Below, piece after piece: positions 8,018 to 15,813 of a stretch of DNA of 26,103 nt. A model generated the notes under the pieces. It did no database searches, was not told the DNA's origin, and saw only the letters and a list, made by a program, of their open reading frames with translations. Source of the DNA: Candidatus Thorarchaeota archaeon (lineage in GTDB: Archaea > Asgardarchaeota > Thorarchaeia > Thorarchaeales > Thorarchaeaceae); NCBI GenBank assembly GCA_048884785.1, contig JBHLQM010000051.1, positions 1 through 26,103 of the forward strand, in the 5' to 3' direction. Both the position numbers and the translations under genes were made by a program. Position 1 is the first letter of the stretch. Every line of letters starts with the position of its first letter.

Positions 8018-9060
8018 AGTCAAAATTGGTGGATTCTATCATTCCTGGTAGAATGGTAGGACACTTTCTTGGTGTTGGCAGTCTTGTTGAAGACATGAGA
8101 AATGAAGCACTAGAATATATCACTAGGCTAGAGCTGCCCTATGCATACCAGACTCCAAGCAAACATGAAGAAGATATGATCCGTCAATTTGGATCTTTGC
8201 TACATAGCTTTGAAGACAAAGGCACATTCATCTATGAAATCAATCATGATGATTTTTCTGAAATGATAGATAATGATACGCCACTTTTGCCGGATGAAAG
8301 GCACTTCCACTCACTCTATTCTATTATTGAAAAAGGTCCCTTTAATTGCCTCAAAACCCAGGTCACGGCTCCTGCCACAATGGGCTATAGTATCCGCGAC
8401 TCAAAAGGAAATCAGTATCTCACTCCACAAATGTTTCACTTCTTCTTGGCCTTAGCCAAGAGGATATCAACAGGATATATGCAGCACTTTGCAGGAGTGG
8501 TAAAGAACCTCTTCATCTGTCTTGATGACCCTGCCTTGGGCTTTGTCGTAGATCTAATTGAAACAGGAAAGGCACCTGGTCTAACTCCCACTCACGTGAT
8601 GAGTGCCACGGACAATATTATCCCTAAAGCAGTAACACCAATCTATCACTACTGCTATGATTGGAGGACTCTAAACAGCAATGGCAGACACTTGCTCTGG
8701 GAAAGCCGGCCAAAAATCCTTCATCTAGATATGATATCCTATCCTCCTAGAATTGACAATGAACAGGCAGAATTAGCAAACAAGTTCCTTGCAACTGGAG
8801 GAGGGATCGCATTAGGTATATTGCCAAACACCGATAGCGCATATAGTGATAGTGTGAAAGACACAATTGAAATTAATGGAGAAAAAACTCTCAGCCTGTT
8901 GCAGAGCTCGGGAGTTGACATGGAATTGCTCGAAGGACAGTTTATGGTGTCTACTCAATGTGGACTTTCTGGTGCAAGTTCACAGCTTTCAAAGCAAATC
9001 CATGAAAATGATTCGATATTCACTGAAATCATGATAAAGGAATTCAGAAAATTCCATTGA
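8014..9060 (+). CDS. Core (single-barrel) cobalamin-independent methionine synthase-like / MetE catalytic-domain protein
   Basis: GVGSL, KTQVTAPATMG, LDDPAL, Zn-ligand HYC, LGILP and STQCGL motifs in MetE-core order; start is GTG 8014 (GTGA overlap with the upstream stop) or TTG 8026 with GAGGTG as SD. Confidence 0.7.
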   Translation: MKSKLVDSIIPGRMVGHFLGVGSLVEDMRNEALEYITRLELPYAYQTPSKHEEDMIRQFGSLLHSFEDKGTFIYEINHDDFSEMIDNDTPLLPDERHFHSLYSIIEKGPFNCLKTQVTAPATMGYSIRDSKGNQYLTPQMFHFFLALAKRISTGYMQHFAGVVKNLFICLDDPALGFVVDLIETGKAPGLTPTHVMSATDNIIPKAVTPIYHYCYDWRTLNSNGRHLLWESRPKILHLDMISYPPRIDNEQAELANKFLATGGGIALGILPNTDSAYSDSVKDTIEINGEKTLSLLQSSGVDMELLEGQFMVSTQCGLSGASSQLSKQIHENDSIFTEIMIKEFRKFH

Positions 9061-9127
9061 GTTCTGGTTTTGAGATGGCTGTTATGCAACAAGGATACCC
9101 TTAAGAGAAGAAGGAATTTGCTCGCAT

Positions 9128-9994
9128 TTGTCTAGGCTGATAACCATGTTGGAACAAGAAGTCGCAGAACCAGGTTCTATAATGAAGTTTATTCAGGATT
9201 ATAGAATGAAGATGTTAATACCTGAGCTCCTTGTCGTTTTTGGAGTGTGGTATTTCATCGGAGTTATGGGGCTATCACCTATTGAGGGCAATGTCTACGA
9301 GTTCTTGGGACCAATGAGTCTAATTCTGCAACCACTGTACTTTCTTCCCTCGGGATTGCTAGTGCTTCTAACTGCCTTCACCTTGCATGGCATCTATCCT
9401 CTGGATAACTACCATGAAGGAAAGATACCAGAAGTGCCAAAACTGGCGATTGTGATGATAGTGATTTCATTCATCCTCTTGCCATGGTTGGTACTAATGC
9501 AGATGATTGGGTACTTCATGACCGAAGCCACTGAATACATTAGTAGAAATCCATTCTGGGAGAGAATTGAGAGTGTTGGAGACCTATTGTTCTATGCTGG
9601 TCCAATGTTCTTTGTTGGACTTCAATGGTGGTTGCTGATTCCTGTCTTCTTCCTTAGTCAGGGAGTAGATGGAATTCACAAGATTGCGCACCATGAAACT
9701 TCAAGTGAAAAGATAACATGGATTTTCTATTTCCTCTGGCCTATATCCATGCCCTTCTTCTTCTCGCCTGTCGAGATATTTGCAATGGCTGCTTTATCTA
9801 TCCCAGCATTTGCTTTCTATGGCTATATTAGACCCTACTATACATACGTCAATGCAATTCAGACACTCACATTTGCTGTGCTTGTGGTTGTGGCTCTCCT
9901 GACCGCACCATACTTGCCATTACTGAACATATGGTTTGATGGATTCATCCCACCACATATTCCGCCGCGGTTGTTGCCGGGATTTTCATGGTAG
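9128..9994 (+). CDS. Polytopic membrane protein of unknown function
   Basis: 288 aa, about 7 hydrophobic segments; CCCTTAAG TATA-like element ending about 23 nt upstream; start may be TTG 9128 or ATG 9146. Confidence 0.75.
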   Translation: MSRLITMLEQEVAEPGSIMKFIQDYRMKMLIPELLVVFGVWYFIGVMGLSPIEGNVYEFLGPMSLILQPLYFLPSGLLVLLTAFTLHGIYPLDNYHEGKIPEVPKLAIVMIVISFILLPWLVLMQMIGYFMTEATEYISRNPFWERIESVGDLLFYAGPMFFVGLQWWLLIPVFFLSQGVDGIHKIAHHETSSEKITWIFYFLWPISMPFFFSPVEIFAMAALSIPAFAFYGYIRPYYTYVNAIQTLTFAVLVVVALLTAPYLPLLNIWFDGFIPPHIPPRLLPGFSW

Positions 9995-10012
9995 CTATTT
10001 CATGAGCGGTAT

Positions 10013-10318
10013 TTATTCCGCATTTGTTGGCTTGCGTGTCGCCAGGTCAACATCTTCTTCTCGGAGTTTGTGCTGGAAAGGCCTGCCCTGACCATAAATA
10101 GCAGGATCTTCATTTTTCGTCTTGTTCATAATTACTGCAAACCCAATAACCTGAATGATAATAGATCCAAGAGCAATGAGAGCCACATCAAAAAAGTAGG
10201 TATGGCTCACAAACTCAGGAGGTTTCAGAAAAGCGATTAGTGGATAGACAATTGCCTGGATAATTAGACCTGCAAGATATGAAAGCACCCATTTATTCGT
10301 CCAGTTCTTCGATGCCAT
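10013..10318 (-). CDS. Small two-TM membrane protein
   Basis: Two hydrophobic segments and a charged tail; GGAG at 10330-10333 fits ATG 10318 better than TTG 10327. Confidence 0.7.
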   Translation of the reverse strand: MASKNWTNKWVLSYLAGLIIQAIVYPLIAFLKPPEFVSHTYFFDVALIALGSIIIQVIGFAVIMNKTKNEDPAIYGQGRPFQHKLREEDVDLATRKPTNAE

Positions 10319-10382
10319 CTCGGGCAATACTCCTATCTACACGAGCCCCCACCGAGCTCCAATTAAAGATGCCTATTGTATA

Positions 10383-11288
10383 CTATTCCGAATCCAACTC
10401 GTTTATTATATCATCAAGAAAGCCCTTTTCCTCCGAAGCTTCTCTATACAGGAGCAAGCATTTCTTGATTGTCGATTTTATAGCATCCAAGGAGGGATCA
10501 ATTATTGGTGAAATGGACGACAGCTTCTCGTTGTTGCTCTCATTTACCACTGATAGGGCTACAATTCGTCCTTTATCGTTCACATCAAATGACAACGCGA
10601 AAATGCTCTGAATTCCTTCTATGCGAGCGACCAAGTGTGGCTCTCTAAGAGTGAAATATCCCTTCCATTCACCAATCTTGAGCCGAATTCCAATCCAGTA
10701 AATCGCAGGGATTTGAATCAATTCTGCTATTGCCTTTGGCCAAATACTAGTTTTCTGAAAGGGAAATTCATGAGAGATTGGTCCAGGGATAGCTGCTGCT
10801 AGAAATGAAATGAGGAATATACCATAGATTACCAATAATCCGCCTTCTAGGTGTGGTGAAACAAATAAGGCATCTATTGAGATAAAACTCAGTACCAATG
10901 GAAAGAATACGCAAAGCATTCCAGAGAGAAGAACCATTAGAAGCCTTTCAAAGTGAGTTTTTGCCATTAGAAAAGGATATGCCGAATTGTAATCGTTCAC
11001 CATTCGGGAATATTCTTGCATCTCTACATCGCGATTTACATAGTTCCATTCAGGATTAACAGTTCCAATATCATCCTTAAGACGCCAGACGACAATTCCA
11101 ATTGGTATTGGTAGAGATGTAACAAGAATAGCGATATTCAAAATCCACAGAGATGGATCTAGAAGCATTGTGACGAGCATGTTCTGGGTTATGCCATATC
11201 CAATTAATGTCCACGCGATAATGATTGCAAAAAATGCGATATAGTAATACCATCCGGGTTCAAGAGTGATTTCCTCCACTTCCGTCAT
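10383..11288 (-). CDS. 4-TM membrane protein with C-terminal soluble domain (paralogue of 11343..12347)
   Basis: Two TM hairpins separated by the loop PEWNY...YNSAYPFLMA, followed by a beta-rich C-terminal domain. Confidence 0.75.
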   Translation of the reverse strand: MTEVEEITLEPGWYYYIAFFAIIIAWTLIGYGITQNMLVTMLLDPSLWILNIAILVTSLPIPIGIVVWRLKDDIGTVNPEWNYVNRDVEMQEYSRMVNDYNSAYPFLMAKTHFERLLMVLLSGMLCVFFPLVLSFISIDALFVSPHLEGGLLVIYGIFLISFLAAAIPGPISHEFPFQKTSIWPKAIAELIQIPAIYWIGIRLKIGEWKGYFTLREPHLVARIEGIQSIFALSFDVNDKGRIVALSVVNESNNEKLSSISPIIDPSLDAIKSTIKKCLLLYREASEEKGFLDDIINELDSE

Positions 11289-11342
11289 ATCCCTGCCAAC
11301 TCCAAATGAATCATTTCGAAGAGAAACCCGGATAATGGGTAG

Positions 11343-12347
11343 TTATGTATCAATGTTCAGGTCTTTCATCAGGAGCGATAGCCTTTCATTTGTTCCGTGA
11401 ATGCGAGCCCATTCCATGACCAAGATAGCGATTGCATTCTGAAGTACAAGCTTCACGTCCTTTACTCCAAGTTCAACGACCCGTGAAGGGACTGGATTCT
11501 TGACATAATAACCTTCTTCGTTCTCCCCGACATATTTTCTGAAGTTCCTATCGTGAGGCTGCCACCACCAAATAACATCAGGAGTTACATCGGTTTTATA
11601 CATTCGAATAAGAAGAGCACCAATCGATCCTAATTCTTCCGTGGAACATTCAATATAGGCATTCTCTTCAATTGAAACAGCTCTTCCGACAATCCTAGGA
11701 TTTCTATAAATCTCTAAATCCAGATCCTCAGCTTTTTCAAATACTACCCTAAGATGAGAAACTCCGATCACATTTGAGAAAGACCTTGCAAGATCGATGG
11801 TCTCTCTCAATAATGGGAGTCTGAAATCGCCAGAGCCTTTTGATGATGTTGAAAGCCATCCCCCATACGTTGTGAGAGAATGGAGCAAAACAAGAGCTGA
11901 TGTGTACAGAATTGGAATCCAGACCATCAAGTCTGAATTCACATAGTGACCATAGAGTGGCAGCGTGAAAAGCAATACAATCAATACAATTGGTAGATAA
12001 TAGAACCAGAGATTAGGATTAGCAACCAATCTTCGATGCCTTGAATTGTATTGTTTTGATAGATTCTCGACTTCTTCAAGCTTGAGCTGAACAGTCTTAA
12101 ATTCCCAATTAGGCGGGGTATAATCCAGGTTTCTTTTCTTTGTTCGCCATCCCAAGTAAAACCCAAAAACAGCTACAATGGCTGGAACTCCAAGAAATAT
12201 TAGCAGCACAAGCAAGAGATTGACTTCATTTGCAGCAATATATAGGGTTGATATCCAGTATCCGCCAACAAGATATACAATAAATCCTCCAGTGAACCAG
12301 AAAGCCGCATTCTTAAGGGAGTGATAGGTTACTGGGTGATCCGACAT
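11343..12347 (-). CDS. 4-TM membrane protein with C-terminal soluble domain (paralogue of 10383..11288)
   Basis: Same layout: TM hairpin, PNWEF...YNSRHRRLVA loop, TM hairpin, beta-rich domain. Confidence 0.75.
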   Translation of the reverse strand: MSDHPVTYHSLKNAAFWFTGGFIVYLVGGYWISTLYIAANEVNLLLVLLIFLGVPAIVAVFGFYLGWRTKKRNLDYTPPNWEFKTVQLKLEEVENLSKQYNSRHRRLVANPNLWFYYLPIVLIVLLFTLPLYGHYVNSDLMVWIPILYTSALVLLHSLTTYGGWLSTSSKGSGDFRLPLLRETIDLARSFSNVIGVSHLRVVFEKAEDLDLEIYRNPRIVGRAVSIEENAYIECSTEELGSIGALLIRMYKTDVTPDVIWWWQPHDRNFRKYVGENEEGYYVKNPVPSRVVELGVKDVKLVLQNAIAILVMEWARIHGTNERLSLLMKDLNIDT

Positions 12348-12470
12348 GATGCTTCAGCCTGCAGGGCGCAACGACGATAAATGGTCTTTAAGTCTTGTCG
12401 GTGAGTTCATTCCATGCCAAAACCCTTAATACTGTTTTATCGAATGATGTAATTAACTATTATTAACTAA

Positions 12471-12962
12471 ATGGTGATGAAAATGTTGAAACAGGGAGAT
12501 AAAGCACCCGTTTTCGAAACCACTACAGAGAGCGGTGGAAAATTCAAACTCAGTGCATTCAAGGGAAAGAAAGTCATGATCTATTTCTACCCGAAAGATG
12601 ATACGCCAGGCTGCACAGCTGAGGCATGCTCTATCAGGGACTCTTGGAAGGTCTTTACAAAGGCAGATATTCCTGTTTTTGGGATATCAGGAGGCAATGC
12701 AAAGAGCCATGAGAAATTCAAGGAAAAGTACCAAATTCCATACCCATTGCTTATGGATGAGGATTTCAAAATAGCAGAGCTCTATGGAGTCTATGTCAAG
12801 AAGAAAATGTATGGCAAAGAGTACATGGGAATTGAGCGTACAACATTTCTGATTGACGATGGAGTAATTAGCGGAATTTTCGGCGGTCCTGAGGGAATAG
12901 ACAAAGTAAATACTGATGAACATGCATCTCAGGTGATCAAATTCTGGGATTTGAAGCTCTAG
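12471..12962 (+). CDS. bcp: BCP/PrxQ peroxiredoxin
   Basis: GDKAP-x-F, YFYPKDDTPGCTAEAC (peroxidatic and resolving Cys, CxxxxC), ERTTFLID; real start may be ATG 12483. Confidence 0.93.
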   Translation: MVMKMLKQGDKAPVFETTTESGGKFKLSAFKGKKVMIYFYPKDDTPGCTAEACSIRDSWKVFTKADIPVFGISGGNAKSHEKFKEKYQIPYPLLMDEDFKIAELYGVYVKKKMYGKEYMGIERTTFLIDDGVISGIFGGPEGIDKVNTDEHASQVIKFWDLKL

Positions 12963-12975
12963 AGGGGGAAACGAA

Positions 12976-13449
12976 TTGCTTTCTATTGGCGACAAAGCAC
13001 CCGACTTCGAAACTGTTGATGAGTCTGGAAATAAATTCAAACTCAGTGACCTTCGCGGCAAGAAGATTGTTCTATACTTCTATCCGAAGGACTTCACGCC
13101 AGGCTGCACTATGGAGGCGTGCTCACTTAGAGACGATTACCAAATCTTTGAAGGCTCTGGTATTCCTATCTTCGGCATCTCAGGAGGTTCGATAGAAAGC
13201 CATCGAAACTTCAAGAGAAAGCACAACCTTCCTTTCTCTATCCTCTTGGACGAGGACCTGCAAATTGCGGAACTCTACAATGCAAAGAGCAAACTAAGTA
13301 TCATTGGTGCCGGCGCAAAGCGAATCACATACTTGATCGATGAGAATGGCAATATCGAAGGCATATTTGGTGGCTCGGAGGGCGTAGATAAAGTGAAGTC
13401 ATCAAAGCATGCATCACAGATAGTCGAGTTCTGGGGACTCAAGCTCTGA
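12976..13449 (+). CDS. bcp: BCP/PrxQ peroxiredoxin, second tandem copy
   Basis: YFYPKDFTPGCTMEAC and KRITYLID; TTG start preceded by GAGGGGG. Confidence 0.93.
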   Translation: MLSIGDKAPDFETVDESGNKFKLSDLRGKKIVLYFYPKDFTPGCTMEACSLRDDYQIFEGSGIPIFGISGGSIESHRNFKRKHNLPFSILLDEDLQIAELYNAKSKLSIIGAGAKRITYLIDENGNIEGIFGGSEGVDKVKSSKHASQIVEFWGLKL

Positions 13450-13470
13450 AACGGAAATATGCTGAATTCA

Positions 13471-14199
13471 CTATCTTCGAGGGACTCCAACAGCACTCAG
13501 ATAGATCACTGACTCTGAAGTACCATCTAGTCCTAGAATCCCATTCATCTCATCATCATAGATAGCTCCAATCTGACATGACCCTAGTCCCAATGCCTGT
13601 GCAGATATGGCCAAATTCTGTGCAATATGTCCGGCATCCAGAAAGATATACCGATATGCCCTTTGGAGATACTTCCACTTGGAGCGTTCAAAGACTGCAG
13701 ACCAGATGAATACAACTGCAGCCTTCTGTGTAAATTGCTGATCTAAGGCACCTGCTCTTATTTCTCTGGAGAAATCCCCGAGTCTCACAACATCAAGATG
13801 ATGATGCGGGACGTTATAGTGGTAAAGCCCGGATTCAAGGCTGTCAACCCGATTGACAGAGAGATAGGTCTCAATGGGGTAGAGAGCTCCAGCAGATGGA
13901 ACGGTTCGTAGAAGGTGGTCGGCAACTTGTCCAGTTGCTCCTTGTGTTCCCCATAGCATCTGTGAGAGACCGGTTAGTGAGATAGGATCATCCGTGTACG
14001 CTCGCACACTTCTACGATTTCGAAGAGCAGACCAAATACCCGGACCTTCGTCCTGTACCGGTGTTGGCAGAGCAACATGCTCGGCATCGAGATATTCCTT
14101 GAACGGAGAAGGTTTCTTTGTCCAGTCAAGAAAATGGTATGGGAGATGGCCCCTTGTGTATTTCGATTTTAGAAGAAAATCATCACCAAAAGCGGTCAT
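13471..14199 (-). CDS. SagB/ThcOx-family FMN-dependent nitroreductase-like oxidoreductase
   Basis: RRSVRAY, RTVPSAGALYPIETY, GLYHY, KYLQRAYRYIFLDAGHIAQN, LGSCQIGA. Confidence 0.9.
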   Translation of the reverse strand: MTAFGDDFLLKSKYTRGHLPYHFLDWTKKPSPFKEYLDAEHVALPTPVQDEGPGIWSALRNRRSVRAYTDDPISLTGLSQMLWGTQGATGQVADHLLRTVPSAGALYPIETYLSVNRVDSLESGLYHYNVPHHHLDVVRLGDFSREIRAGALDQQFTQKAAVVFIWSAVFERSKWKYLQRAYRYIFLDAGHIAQNLAISAQALGLGSCQIGAIYDDEMNGILGLDGTSESVIYLSAVGVPRR

Positions 14200-14292
14200 G
14201 GCTATAAAGCTGCTGCAATCCTATATGAGTCAATGTCTAGGTGCAGAGAGAAAAGAGTGACCGAAAGGCATAGACTTTAATCGAGGCTCTTT

Positions 14293-14334
14293 CCCAGCTG
14301 GGCGTGCTAAGTGGGCAATTTAGCCCGCATGTTG
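14293..14334 (+). promoter_or_regulatory. GC-rich stem-loop in the probable 5' leader of the malic enzyme gene
   Basis: GCGTGCTAAGT-GGGCA-ATTTAGCCCGC (14302-14328; one mismatch, one G-U pair) about 25 nt after a TTTAA box; palindrome CCCAGCTGGG at 14293-14302. Confidence 0.45.
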
Positions 14335-14355
14335 AGGTGTAGGGGCAACAAAAAA

Positions 14356-15717
14356 ATGCCTGATGAGAAAGTATCCGTAGAGGAGCTCAAGAAGAAGGCT
14401 GAGAAACCGGGTAAAGATGCCATGATATTGCACCCATTCTATAAGGGTAAGATACAGTCAATTGGAAAGGCACCAGTACGTGATTTCTCTGACTTCGCAA
14501 TTTGGTATACTCCTGGTGTTGCTAAGGCCTGCCTGGCAATCAAGGAGAATGAAGAAGCCTCCTATGACATGCTAAATCGTGGGAACATGGTTGCCGTTGT
14601 TTCTGATGGCACCAGAGTTCTGGGTTTAGGAGATATCGGTCCATATGCTGCAGGGCCTGTCATGGAGGGGAAAGCAATCCTTTTCAAATACCTTGGAGGC
14701 GTTGATGCCTGGCCAATCTGTTTGGACACAAAGGATCCTGATGAGATTATCAGGACTGTTAAGATTTTGCAGCCAAGTTTTGGTGGAATTAACCTCGAAG
14801 ATATCTCCAAACCAAAGTGCTACAGAGTTCTTGAAGAACTAAGAAATGATCCTGAGGTTAAAATCCCAGTCTGGCATGATGATGCGCAAGGAACAGCAAC
14901 TGTTGTTCTGGCTGGCGTCTTCGGTGGACTCAACGTTGTAAAGAAAGATATCGAAAATATTCGCATCGCACTCCTTGGTGTAGGTGCGGCAAACACGCGT
15001 ACTGCATACCTACTATTTGCAGCAGGTGTTGACCCGAAGAATGTTGTGATGGTCGACAGCAAGGGGGCTATCTATGCAGACCGAGAGGATGTGGTTGCAG
15101 AAAGAGATTATGATACCTTCAAGTATGATTTAGCACAAAAGACCAATCCTGATAGGATGACGGGAGACCTTGGTGAAGTTATCGGTGGAATGGATGTACT
15201 AATCTCAGCATCAACTCCGAAACCAGGGACCATAAAGAAGGAATGGGTTGCGAAGATGGCGAAGGACTCCATTGTCTATGCATGTGCAAACCCGTTACCC
15301 GAAATATGGCCCTGGGATGCCAAAGAAGCTGGTGCCCGAATTGTTGGTACTGGCCGAAGTGACTTCGAGAATCAGATAAATAACTCACTTGGATTCCCAG
15401 GAATTTTCCGCGGCACCCTTGATGTGAGAGCGAATACAATAACGGATGAGATGTGTGTTGCAGCCGCGAAAGCGCTTGCCGATTTGGGGGCAAAGGAAGC
15501 GAATGTGAAAAAGGTGATACCCACCATGGATCAGTGGGAACTCTATCCAGCAGAAGCCACTGCAGTTGGCATGAAGGCCATAGAACAGGGCATTGCTAGA
15601 GTTCACTGGGAGGAGAAAGACCTCTACAAGCATGCAGAGAATGTCATTCGAACGGCTAGAAAATCATCTGAGGTCTTGTACGAAAAAGGTTTCATTCCCA
15701 AGGCACCCAAGACATAG
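14356..15717 (+). CDS. mae: NAD(P)-dependent malic enzyme (short prokaryotic type)
   Basis: WYTPGVA, VVSDGTRVLGLGDIG, VMEGKA, FGGINLEDI, WHDDAQGT, GVGAA, ANPLPEI, GRSDFENQINNSLGFPGIFRG; start set to ATG 14356. Confidence 0.95.
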   Translation: MPDEKVSVEELKKKAEKPGKDAMILHPFYKGKIQSIGKAPVRDFSDFAIWYTPGVAKACLAIKENEEASYDMLNRGNMVAVVSDGTRVLGLGDIGPYAAGPVMEGKAILFKYLGGVDAWPICLDTKDPDEIIRTVKILQPSFGGINLEDISKPKCYRVLEELRNDPEVKIPVWHDDAQGTATVVLAGVFGGLNVVKKDIENIRIALLGVGAANTRTAYLLFAAGVDPKNVVMVDSKGAIYADREDVVAERDYDTFKYDLAQKTNPDRMTGDLGEVIGGMDVLISASTPKPGTIKKEWVAKMAKDSIVYACANPLPEIWPWDAKEAGARIVGTGRSDFENQINNSLGFPGIFRGTLDVRANTITDEMCVAAAKALADLGAKEANVKKVIPTMDQWELYPAEATAVGMKAIEQGIARVHWEEKDLYKHAENVIRTARKSSEVLYEKGFIPKAPKT

Positions 15718-15720
15718 GTT

Positions 15721-15757
15721 AATGGGCGGCGTATGATGCGCCGCTATTCTTCATTTT
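15721..15757 (+). terminator. Hairpin followed by a T-rich tract after malic enzyme
   Basis: GCGGCGTA-TGA-TGCGCCGC then TATTCTTCATTTT, immediately after the stop codon and between convergent genes. Confidence 0.65.
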
Positions 15758-15813
15758 CTAGATTCCATTGCAATCTATCCTAATTCAGCAGACCTGATTC
15801 GTTCTAGGTTTCG

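Noticed and set aside
12960-12978. TAG read-through (pyrrolysine) fusing the two BCP genes
   Set aside because: The two ORFs are in different frames and the second has its own SD-like sequence
13471-14199. RiPP (azole-containing peptide) cluster suggested by the SagB-type domain
   Set aside because: No YcaO cyclodehydratase, precursor peptide or exporter nearby; stand-alone SagB-like nitroreductases are common in archaea
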